64,000 nucleotides of DNA from Senegalimassilia sp. Lineage in GTDB: Bacteria > Actinomycetota > Coriobacteriia > Coriobacteriales > Eggerthellaceae. Below, one piece after another: positions 50,363-58,744 of the stretch; positions within the stretch are counted from its first letter, which is position 1, and every line of letters begins with the position of its first letter. A program made the position numbers and the translations under genes. The DNA is taken from NCBI GenBank assembly GCA_963619015.1, contig CAVEUW010000003.1, positions 2,640-66,639 of the forward strand, in the 5' to 3' direction. The notes beneath the pieces are model-generated. The model made no database searches and had not been told where the DNA came from. It worked only from the letters and a program-made list of their open reading frames with translations.

Positions 50363-50476
50363 GCACGTATAGCAGCAAGGCGACTGTCTCAAAAGAAAAA
50401 CTGGATTAGCTGGATTTGTTGAATTAGCTAAACTCGAAAAGAACTTTACCTGCAGTAGTGGCATGGCCAAATAAAC

Positions 50477-50815
50477 TTACTGCCCTTGCTGTTCTTTCAT
50501 AGCTGCAAACGGCAAAAATTGCCGACCTCGGTCAGGGGAAGAGGTTGCCACGCGCGGGCCCTCAGCAGCTACCCGACGCGCAATGTCATCAAGAACTTGC
50601 TCACGATATTCGCGCTCGCCGGGCTTCAAATCCGACCACTGCCCCACATTGGGCAAAGATGCCTGCTTGTATGCCTGCTGCAACGCAGCCTTCTGCACCG
50701 CAGCTTGACCATCCGCTTGTTGTAACGCAGCCTTCTGCAACGCAGCCTTCTGCGTCGCCGCTTGCTGCGACTGTTGGCCCACCGCTTGCTGTAACACTTC
50801 ACCTTCCCTATGCAC
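50477..50815 (-). CDS. Short Q/A-repeat protein ending in a YolD-like motif (possibly truncated YolD)
   Basis: GTG start after SD GGAGGT, overlapping the polymerase stop; QKAAL repeats; C-terminal DRGRQFLPFAAMK. Confidence 0.55.
   Translation of the reverse strand: MHREGEVLQQAVGQQSQQAATQKAALQKAALQQADGQAAVQKAALQQAYKQASLPNVGQWSDLKPGEREYREQVLDDIARRVAAEGPRVATSSPDRGRQFLPFAAMKEQQGQ
50675..50797. repeat. Degenerate 15-bp-period repeat encoding QKAAL/QQA
   Basis: Repeated (TG)CAACGCAGCCTTC and CCGCTTG(C/T)TG units. Confidence 0.75.
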
Positions 50816-52118
50816 GATGACCTCCGATCTGCTGGTTACGTTCACGGGCGTTTGCTTCCTCTTTCAGACTTGTGCCCGTAAGCATTGCATTTGCCCCAAA
50901 GCGTGCGCGCACCGAAACCATCGCTTCAGCAAGCGCATCTTGCTTTTCCTGATCAGCATGGTCATCGAATAATGTCATCTGCACTTCGCTTTTATCAACA
51001 AGTCCTGAATACGAAACACCCAAGCGCCTGATTTTAAGCTTTGGGTCAATCGTCTTACGATAGACCTCCACCACAGCCGACACCAGTTCACGAGGAGTAT
51101 TTTCAGGCTTAGGAAGCTTCATTGAGCCTCCTGCAGACAAATTCGGTGCACACCAAAAGCCAACTTCCCAATTTTGATGCGCAAAATTTGAATTGGAATA
51201 ACCAATATGCACCCCGACCGTCTGCGCAGCAAGCCCCTTTTCTACCAGTTCAAGCGCAGATGCAAGCGCCATTTCACGCAGCACAGTTTCGGCCTCAGCA
51301 AACGTGTAGTCGCGCATGAGTACCTGCCCGCTATCGACGGAATGCCCGCGACGCTTGTAGCCGCGTGCCTCAGCAATAGTGCATGGTTCAAGGCCCCAAG
51401 CGTGGTCAAGCAGATATTCACCATTGACACCAAACTCGCGACGAATTACCTCATGAGGAAGAGCACAGATACCCGCCAAGTCATACACACCGTACTTAGA
51501 CAGGCGTTTTGCGATACCGCGGCCAATACCCCAAATATCAGTTATAGGACGATGAAACCAAATGTCGCGTTTGAAGGTAGCATCATCAAGCACGCCTATA
51601 CCATCAGGTGCATGCTTCGCTGTTACATCAAGTGCAACCTTCGCCAGAAACATGTTCGGACCAATCCCTGCCGTTGCCGTAATATGTGTTTCTTCAAGCA
51701 CAGCACTCATCAGGTGCTTCGCAAAGGTGCGCGCATCGGTGTGATACAGCCTCAAATACGGCGTCGCATCAATAAAGCATTCGTCAACCGAATAGACATG
51801 CATATCAATGTCACTTACAAAGCGCTGATAAATCCCATTAATCTTTTCGCTTACCCGCATATACTCGCGCATACGCGGAACAGCAGTTATGTAATCAATA
51901 CCTTCTGGAATATCACGCACGCGACAGCGGTTCTTTACCCCAAGTGCTTTCATTGCCGGCGTGATGGCAAGGCAGATGGTATTCGCCGAACGATCAGGGT
52001 CGGCCACCACCAAATTTGTTGTAAACGGATCAAGCCCACGGGCAGCGCATTCAACACTAGCGTAGAACGACTTCAGGTCGATACACATGAAGGTATGTTC
52101 CCAAGCATCGCTTTGCAT
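50808..52118 (-). CDS. Y-family error-prone DNA polymerase (UmuC/UvrX-like)
   Basis: CIDLKSFYASVEC, YSVDECFID, TAGIGPNMFLAKVALD, DIWGIG, C-terminal RNQQIGGH. Confidence 0.92.
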   Translation of the reverse strand: MQSDAWEHTFMCIDLKSFYASVECAARGLDPFTTNLVVADPDRSANTICLAITPAMKALGVKNRCRVRDIPEGIDYITAVPRMREYMRVSEKINGIYQRFVSDIDMHVYSVDECFIDATPYLRLYHTDARTFAKHLMSAVLEETHITATAGIGPNMFLAKVALDVTAKHAPDGIGVLDDATFKRDIWFHRPITDIWGIGRGIAKRLSKYGVYDLAGICALPHEVIRREFGVNGEYLLDHAWGLEPCTIAEARGYKRRGHSVDSGQVLMRDYTFAEAETVLREMALASALELVEKGLAAQTVGVHIGYSNSNFAHQNWEVGFWCAPNLSAGGSMKLPKPENTPRELVSAVVEVYRKTIDPKLKIRRLGVSYSGLVDKSEVQMTLFDDHADQEKQDALAEAMVSVRARFGANAMLTGTSLKEEANARERNQQIGGHRA

Positions 52119-52176
52119 GCGTCCCGCAGCTCCTTTCGCCCCAATGATTTTTCACAGTCTGTTCGCTATACAACTA

Positions 52177-52190
52177 TGAACATGTGTTCG
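52177..52190. promoter_or_regulatory. LexA (SOS) box, Gram-positive/actinobacterial type
   Basis: TGAAC-ATGT-GTTCG versus consensus CGAAC-N4-GTTCG, between the Y-family polymerase and the divergent gene. Confidence 0.8.
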
Positions 52191-52204
52191 ATAATATCAT
52201 AGCG

Positions 52205-52537
52205 ATGGACTATATGACGAAAGAAGGAAAAAGAAACCGCGTGCATAAACTGTACGTGGATGTTGTCATGCGCCTAACCGACGAAGGGCGAACTGATCCA
52301 CTTGCTGTCATTTGGCCTGATGGCAGGTCGTTTCGCATCGATGAAATTATGAAGCGCGGACATTTTGGGCCGCCTATTCATGGAAAGCAAACTGCTAGCT
52401 TTCGCGTGCGCTTTGGCGGGCATGTCACTGATTTATTTCTAGAAAAACAAGCAGGCGTGCCAACCATAGGCACGCCTGAAACAATGCGCTGGTGGGTATA
52501 TGCACAGGACACCACCAAGCGCGGCTCTATGAAATAG
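52205..52537 (+). CDS. Hypothetical protein divergent from the Y-family polymerase (start 52205 or 52214)
   Basis: KLYVDV...DEG...P..VIW.DGRSF.IDEI...LFLE...RWWV; resembles small proteins I recall next to DinB/UmuC genes. Confidence 0.7.
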   Translation: MDYMTKEGKRNRVHKLYVDVVMRLTDEGRTDPLAVIWPDGRSFRIDEIMKRGHFGPPIHGKQTASFRVRFGGHVTDLFLEKQAGVPTIGTPETMRWWVYAQDTTKRGSMK

Positions 52538-52559
52538 CCCGAATCACAAAAAGCTAGCT

Positions 52560-53132
52560 TTATGCGTTCATACCAAGCTCAAGTGCCTTTAAATTGCTAG
52601 CAAGCTTGTCGCGTTTGCTAGCAGGCACAACCTTATCCACAGCAGCACGGATAGTTTCTTCCGAACAAAAACGTGTTTCGGCATACAGCTTGCCAACCAA
52701 AATGACATTTGCAAGCACTTTAATACCAGCTTCTTCAGCCATCTGAGTTGCAGGCACAGCGCACACCTTCACGCCCGGGATATCGGGAATGCGCGGCACA
52801 AGCGTGCTATCAACGACAACCAAGCCACCTTCCTGCACGCTGTTTTCAAACTTGTCTAGCGAAGGCTGATTCATAACCAAAAGCACGTCAGGGTTAAGCA
52901 CAAGCGGGCTTCCGATAGGTTCATCAGCCAAGGTCACGCTGCAGTTCGCAGTACCACCGCGCATTTCTGGGCCATAGCTTGGAAGCCACGAAACTTCACG
53001 GTTTTCAATAAGGCCAGCGTTAGCAATAATTTTGCCAGCAAATAAAATACCTTGCCCGCCAAAACCCGCAAGCACCGCCTGCATGTTACGGCGTTCAGTA
53101 TTTATCGCGTTTGTTGCGTTCGATGTGCTCAT
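52560..53132 (-). CDS. 2-oxoacid:ferredoxin oxidoreductase gamma subunit
   Basis: AGFGGQG, PSYGPEMRGGTANC, MNQPSLDKF. Confidence 0.92.
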   Translation of the reverse strand: MSTSNATNAINTERRNMQAVLAGFGGQGILFAGKIIANAGLIENREVSWLPSYGPEMRGGTANCSVTLADEPIGSPLVLNPDVLLVMNQPSLDKFENSVQEGGLVVVDSTLVPRIPDIPGVKVCAVPATQMAEEAGIKVLANVILVGKLYAETRFCSEETIRAAVDKVVPASKRDKLASNLKALELGMNA

Positions 53133-53977
53133 TGCGCACCACCTTTGCTTTCTGCGTTTTCTGGATGAGCAATCGGGCAGTCGGCGTTACGAGCACCAGC
53201 AGCTTCAACTGCATTAGCAAAGCCATCAGCTACAACATCGCGATATACGCCAAGCGGATAATACGGCAGCATATTGGTACGCATCCACTCAAAGCTTGCC
53301 TGCGGCGTTAAACCCCAGTTCGTCGGACAGGTTGAAACCACTTCAACCAAGGAATAACCTATACCATCAATTTGGTTTTGGAACGCCTTTTTGATTGCAC
53401 GCTTAGCTTGGCGAACATGCTTTGGTGTATCAACAGTCACACGCTCGAGATACGCCGGACCATCTAAGGAAGATAGCAACTCGCATACACGAATGGGAAA
53501 ACCCGCAGTCGTAACATCACGACCATATGGAGACGTTTGCGTCACCTGATTCGGAAGACTTGTCGGCGCCATCTGACCACCGGTCATGCCGTAAATCGCG
53601 TTATTGATAAAGATAATGGTGATATGCTCGCCACGCGTTGCAGCATGGACCGTTTCAGCCATACCGATAGAAGCCAAATCGCCATCACCCTGGTACGCAA
53701 AAACAATGTTGTCAGGCAGGGCGCGCTTCAAACCTGTTGCCACCGCCGGCGCACGGCCATGAGCGGCTTCAACCATGTCGCAGCCAAAAAAATCAGTCGC
53801 ACAAACAGAGCAACCAACAGGAGCAACGCCAACCGTATCACCCGCAATATCCAGTTCATCAAGCGTTTCTGCAATCAAGCGGTGAACGATGCCATGGGGG
53901 CACCCCGGACAGTAGTTTGTAATAACAGGCAGCAGCGACTTCGGGCGTGAAAATACAACCTTTTCCTCTTGAGCCAT
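53129..53977 (-). CDS. 2-oxoacid:ferredoxin oxidoreductase beta (TPP-binding) subunit
   Basis: YCPGCPHG, PVGCS, HGRAPA, QGDGD...NNAIYGMTGGQ, CPTNW. Start re-assigned to MAQEEK. Confidence 0.92.
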   Translation of the reverse strand: MAQEEKVVFSRPKSLLPVITNYCPGCPHGIVHRLIAETLDELDIAGDTVGVAPVGCSVCATDFFGCDMVEAAHGRAPAVATGLKRALPDNIVFAYQGDGDLASIGMAETVHAATRGEHITIIFINNAIYGMTGGQMAPTSLPNQVTQTSPYGRDVTTAGFPIRVCELLSSLDGPAYLERVTVDTPKHVRQAKRAIKKAFQNQIDGIGYSLVEVVSTCPTNWGLTPQASFEWMRTNMLPYYPLGVYRDVVADGFANAVEAAGARNADCPIAHPENAESKGGAQ

Positions 53978-53978
53978 G

Positions 53979-55052
53979 CTACTCACCTGCCTTTCCTGCA
54001 ATATTGCGAATTTTGGCAAGCACCTCATCGGGCGTAGGAATTACACCACCGGTTCTGCCAAAGAAATCAACCGCTGCACGACCATTAACAGCCAGGCGCA
54101 CATCGTCGACCATCTGTCCCATATTCATTTCGACAGACAGGAATGTATGAGCTGTAGAAAGTGCCTCTTCAATAGCGTAAACCGGGAACGGCCATAAGGT
54201 GATTGGGCGGATAAGACCGCACTTGATACCCTCTTGACGCGCCTTATCAACAGCACTATGCGCAATACGAGCCGAAGCACCAAAAGCGACAATAACAATT
54301 TCAGCATCATCGACTAGGTACGTCTCAGCACGCTGCTCATTTTCCTTCACTTGCTCGTAGCGTTCAAAACGCTCGACGTTTAGGCGCTCTAAGTCTTCAG
54401 CAGTTAAGTACAGCGAGTCAACAATATTGTGCTCACGGGCATTCTTATGACCAGTTGTCGCCCATGACTTTTGCGGCAAATCATCTGCACTCTTAGGCTC
54501 AGGCAGCACAACTGGTTCCATCATCTGACCCAACATACCATCAGACAAAATCATGGCTGGCATACGATATTCATCGGCCTTATCAAAAGCCAAGTACGCC
54601 AAATCTGCCATTTCCTGTACAGTCGACGGCGCAAACACCAACACCTGGAAGTCACCATGACCCATCGCGCGTGTGGCCTGCCAGTAATCAGATTGGGAAG
54701 GCTGAATGCCTCCAAGACCAGGGCCTCCTCGCTGCACGTTAACAATAACAGCAGGCAGATCGCAACCAGCCAGGTACGACACACCCTCAGCTTTCAGCGA
54801 GACACCCGGCGAGGAAGACGACGTCATAACACGAGCGCCTGCAGCAGAGGCACCGTATACCATATTGATAGCCGCCACTTCAGATTCAGCCTGCAGATAC
54901 GTACCACCAACCTTCGGCATACGTTTAGAAAAATAGGCCGCAACCTCAGTTTGGGGCGTAATTGGGTAACCAAAAAAGAAGCGGCAACCAGCGCGCATAG
55001 CAGCCTCGGCCATTGCTTCATTGCCCTTCATGAGCACCTTTTCTTGCGCCAT
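53979..55052 (-). CDS. vorB: 2-oxoacid:ferredoxin oxidoreductase alpha subunit (2-oxoisovalerate/VOR type)
   Basis: MKGNEA, GYPITPQ, QAESE, TSSSSPG, RGGPGLG.IQPSQSDY, VEMN.GQM. Confidence 0.85.
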   Translation of the reverse strand: MAQEKVLMKGNEAMAEAAMRAGCRFFFGYPITPQTEVAAYFSKRMPKVGGTYLQAESEVAAINMVYGASAAGARVMTSSSSPGVSLKAEGVSYLAGCDLPAVIVNVQRGGPGLGGIQPSQSDYWQATRAMGHGDFQVLVFAPSTVQEMADLAYLAFDKADEYRMPAMILSDGMLGQMMEPVVLPEPKSADDLPQKSWATTGHKNAREHNIVDSLYLTAEDLERLNVERFERYEQVKENEQRAETYLVDDAEIVIVAFGASARIAHSAVDKARQEGIKCGLIRPITLWPFPVYAIEEALSTAHTFLSVEMNMGQMVDDVRLAVNGRAAVDFFGRTGGVIPTPDEVLAKIRNIAGKAGE

Positions 55053-55258
55053 TATCGCATCACCTCAATTGCAACGTCAGGGCACATCGTTGCGCACGAC
55101 ATGCAACCTGTGCAAGCTTGGGCATCAGTGAGTCGCGCCGGGTGATACCCCTTTGCAGTGATACGTGACGTATCAAGCTCGATGATATGAGCAGGGCACG
55201 CATCGACACACAAGCCGCACCCCTTGCAAAAATAATCATCGACGACAATTCTCGCCAT
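55052..55258 (-). CDS. 2x[4Fe-4S] ferredoxin (oxidoreductase delta subunit)
   Basis: CKGCGLCVDACP and CTGCMSCATMCP; SD GAAAGG before ATG 55258. Confidence 0.92.
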   Translation of the reverse strand: MARIVVDDYFCKGCGLCVDACPAHIIELDTSRITAKGYHPARLTDAQACTGCMSCATMCPDVAIEVMR

Positions 55259-55359
55259 GTTTAACCTTTCTCGCCTTATACACCGCAAATTTTGCGGCTA
55301 TTGCCTTCCTTTTTATACGTCGTTGAAATGCAAAACCAACCCCCAAAAGCAGGTTTTAC

Positions 55360-56130
55360 TTATTCCCACGGCTTTTTTACATACACATCTACAGGATAAA
55401 TAACACCAAGTTCTCCTGCGTTGTTCTCAAGATAACGTGGAACAGTGGTAAACGCCAAAGGGATATCCGCCAAATTTGCAACATCACGAGCGAATACCAC
55501 ACCGCGTGACAAAATGTCGCGATCGGTTTGACTAGACAAATGAGTGTTGTTCGCTAAAGCTGTAACCCTCAAGCGACTTGCACGCTCGACATCATGCAGA
55601 ATTTCAATTGCCTGTTCAGGACGGTGTGTTAGGTTACGACTTCGATTCAGCACATGCAGCATGTCGTAGTGTCCCGCAACAATCGAGGGCGCAAAACGTC
55701 CAAGTGCAGTTGCGCCGGCATCGTCGCCGCCCGCATCAATAACAAACAAGCGGCGAGGATTTACAGAATCGGGCGAACATGAATCTACTGACCCATCGGG
55801 CACATTTAAACTCGTGCAAGATTGGACCTCATATTCATATGCCCACTCACAAGCAGTTGCAACGCGTCCAGTCACTCCTGGATTATCAAGCGTTGTTCCA
55901 GCAAATGCCGTTGTGATGACACGAACGCCAGCTTCTTCAAGCAATTCGCGATAATCACTTGTACGAAAATAAGGATTGACTACATCAAGGTCAGCAAGAA
56001 CAACGTCAATTCCGCATCGACGAGCATCAAGCGCAAGATTAATTGCAAGATTAGTCTTACCGACCCCATAATGCCCGGTCAAAACTACAACCTGCGCTAA
56101 GCTTTCAATGTCGAATTTCTCCATACGCAA
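55360..56130 (-). CDS. P-loop NTPase of unknown function (MinD/ParA/CobB-like Walker A)
   Basis: GHYGVGKT, DLDVVNPYFR, DAGGD. Confidence 0.8.
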   Translation of the reverse strand: MRMEKFDIESLAQVVVLTGHYGVGKTNLAINLALDARRCGIDVVLADLDVVNPYFRTSDYRELLEEAGVRVITTAFAGTTLDNPGVTGRVATACEWAYEYEVQSCTSLNVPDGSVDSCSPDSVNPRRLFVIDAGGDDAGATALGRFAPSIVAGHYDMLHVLNRSRNLTHRPEQAIEILHDVERASRLRVTALANNTHLSSQTDRDILSRGVVFARDVANLADIPLAFTTVPRYLENNAGELGVIYPVDVYVKKPWE

Positions 56131-56153
56131 CCGACTTCGTCAACTTACATCTG

Positions 56154-57947
56154 CTAAACCAAACCCTCTGGGGTTTTCGTCCGAGGCTCGTGTGACGCGC
56201 TTTCGTCTGCTTCGCGAATTGCTGCACGACGAATTTTGCCGTTAACGGTTTTTGGCAGAGCATCTACAAATTCAACGATACGCGGATACTTATACGGAGC
56301 TGTACGCTGCTTAACCCACTGCTGAAGTTCTTTCACCAATGCATCAGAGCCAGTAAAGCCATCAGCCAAAACAACCGTTGCCTTTACCGCCTTACCGCGA
56401 ACAGGATCGGGGACACCGGTAACAGCAACTTCACGTACCGCCTCGTGTTCAAGCATTTCGCTTTCAATCTCAAACGGCCCAATGCGATAACCCGACGATT
56501 TAATGACGTCGTCGTTGCGCCCAACATACCAGAAGAAGCCATCTTCATCGACCCATGCAGTATCGCCCGTGTGATACCAACCATCAAAAACCGCAGCAGC
56601 AGTTTTTTCCGGATTGCGATAATACTCCAACATAATGCCCGGCGCCTTTTCGTGCACGTCAATGCAAATTTCGCCCGTCTCACCGACGTCGCATCGGCTT
56701 CCATCACCTCGTTGAATTTCAATAATAAACGCTGGCGACGGACGACCCATCGAACCCGGACGCGGAACAGCATGCGTTAAGTTTGCAACCGTAAGCGGAG
56801 TTTCTGTTTGCCCAAAACCCTCAAAGATAGTAAGACCAGTATGCTCTTTCCAGAAATCATACAAATCAGGATTTAAAGCTTCACCAGCAGTTGTGCAGTA
56901 AACCAGCGAGTTTAAGTCAAACGAATCAACATTTGCCTGCATCATCATGCGATACATTGTTGGCGGGCAACACAGTGTGGTTACCCCATAACGGCTAATG
57001 AGGCCAAGAATTTCATCAGCGTGGAAACGGTCAAAGTCATAGGTAAGCACACATGCTTCCATAAGCCACTGACCATAATATTTACCCCATACAGCCTTAC
57101 CCCACCCTGTATCGGCAATAGTGAAGTGCAGGCCATCCGGCTCAACATTGTGCCAGTGCTTGGCAGTTACTAAATGGGCTAGCGCGTAGTAGCTATCATG
57201 CAGCACCATCTTGGGGTTTCCTGAAGTACCCGAGCTAAAGTACATAAGCATCGGATCGTCAACGTGCGTTTGAACAGGCGAAAAATCTGCCGAAGCAGCA
57301 CGCACGTAGCTGTTGAAATCAAGCCAGCCTTCACGCGTAACCGGCGCTGCACAAATACCTTCCTTGCCGGAAAGCACCGCGCCTACCGGACCGTGATCGG
57401 TCACGAAATTGCCGGCATCATCGACAGGCGTAGTTCCACCGCCCGCACCATTGACCAAGATGCGCGTTTTAACAGACGGGCAGTTAGCAATGACGTTGTC
57501 GGTAATCTGAGCAATGTCACCTATGGAGGTTGCAATAACAGCCTTAATAGAGGCACCGTTTAAACGGTATTCCAAGTCGTGTTCTTTAAGCATGAATGTT
57601 GCAGGAACCATTACGGCGCCAAGCTTTGTTAAGGCCGTGGCCACAAACCAGAACTGATAATGACGGCGAAGGATAACCATCACGTAGTCGCCCTTACCAA
57701 TCCCCTGTTCAGCTAAGAAATTCGCTGTTTTATCAGACCAATATTTCATGTCGCCAAACGTAAATAGGTGCTCTTCACCCTCAGGGTTAGCCCACATCAT
57801 GGCGCGACGATCGGGGTCTGCTACAGCAATATCATCAACAACATCGTAGCCAAAATTAAACGTATCGGGGCACTTCACCTTAAAGTCAGTAAGTACACCA
57901 GCTTCGTTATAAGTTTCTTCGCAGAATCGCAAGTTGATATTTCGCAT
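56154..57947 (-). CDS. AMP-forming short/medium-chain acyl-CoA synthetase
   Basis: YFSSGTSGNPK, DTGWGK, GFGQTET, YHTGD, GRNDDVIKSSGYRIGP, LPKTVNGKI. Start taken at MRNINL. Confidence 0.92.
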   Translation of the reverse strand: MRNINLRFCEETYNEAGVLTDFKVKCPDTFNFGYDVVDDIAVADPDRRAMMWANPEGEEHLFTFGDMKYWSDKTANFLAEQGIGKGDYVMVILRRHYQFWFVATALTKLGAVMVPATFMLKEHDLEYRLNGASIKAVIATSIGDIAQITDNVIANCPSVKTRILVNGAGGGTTPVDDAGNFVTDHGPVGAVLSGKEGICAAPVTREGWLDFNSYVRAASADFSPVQTHVDDPMLMYFSSGTSGNPKMVLHDSYYALAHLVTAKHWHNVEPDGLHFTIADTGWGKAVWGKYYGQWLMEACVLTYDFDRFHADEILGLISRYGVTTLCCPPTMYRMMMQANVDSFDLNSLVYCTTAGEALNPDLYDFWKEHTGLTIFEGFGQTETPLTVANLTHAVPRPGSMGRPSPAFIIEIQRGDGSRCDVGETGEICIDVHEKAPGIMLEYYRNPEKTAAAVFDGWYHTGDTAWVDEDGFFWYVGRNDDVIKSSGYRIGPFEIESEMLEHEAVREVAVTGVPDPVRGKAVKATVVLADGFTGSDALVKELQQWVKQRTAPYKYPRIVEFVDALPKTVNGKIRRAAIREADESASHEPRTKTPEGLV

Positions 57948-58066
57948 TGTTATTAAAAACTTTCTAAGTAAAACGCAACGGATAGCTACCCGCTGCAAAA
58001 AGCGGTCGAGGAAATTTGTGTTCGGCACTGACCGGCAAGCGGATAATTCCGCATAGGCCGGCGTGC

Positions 58067-58645
58067 CTAAATAATCTCGCTCGGCTTGATCACAACAGCA
58101 AGAAACTTACATGGCTTGCCATCAATAGCAATAATGCCATGTCCACGACCCGAGTCATACATAACTAAATCGCCAGGGCCAAGCTCTTCAGTATGGTTCT
58201 CATACTGAAAGCGCATGCGCCCTTCCAAAATAAAGTCAAGTTCTTGGCCTTCGTGATATGAAAGATGAATCGGCTTATCCTGAAGCTCTTCACGGTATTC
58301 GGCAGTCACATAGAATGGTTCGGCAAGCTTATTGCGATAATGAGGAGCCTTATGCAAATACTCAAACTCGGCATTGCGCTTAATAGAAATGCCCTCATTA
58401 GCACGCGTAAGCGAGTAACCCGATAAGTGCGGACTTTCGCCCGTGAGTAAGTCGATTGGGTCAACACCTAATTTTGCAGCGCTCTTGTACAAAAACGTGA
58501 ATGATAGGTCTTCACGACCAGATTCTTGCGCCTCATATTCAGCGAGGCTTCTGCCAGTTGCTTCAGCCATTTCCTGCATGGTCAGGCCCATATCCTCGCG
58601 CAGCAAACGAATTCGCGCCGCCACCTCTTTATAATTCGGTTCCAT
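58067..58645 (-). CDS. XRE-family HTH / cupin transcriptional regulator
   Basis: N-terminal HTH (RIRLLRE...TMQEMAE), cupin HEGQE...YDSGRGH; SD AAGGAGG. Confidence 0.9.
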   Translation of the reverse strand: MEPNYKEVAARIRLLREDMGLTMQEMAEATGRSLAEYEAQESGREDLSFTFLYKSAAKLGVDPIDLLTGESPHLSGYSLTRANEGISIKRNAEFEYLHKAPHYRNKLAEPFYVTAEYREELQDKPIHLSYHEGQELDFILEGRMRFQYENHTEELGPGDLVMYDSGRGHGIIAIDGKPCKFLAVVIKPSEII

Positions 58646-58744
58646 TGTGACCTGACCTCCTTTACCAGCAATTAGGTTTCGTAATAGATTTGAACTTTAC
58701 ACTATCGGCAAACTTGTTTCGAGTATGTTTCAGTAAACGACACT

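Noticed and set aside
52152..52165. Second LexA box
   Set aside because: Only one half-site (GTTCG) matches.
49937..52560. Integrative element or prophage inserted at selC
   Set aside because: No integrase, transposase or duplicated tRNA 3' end was seen. At most an old remnant.
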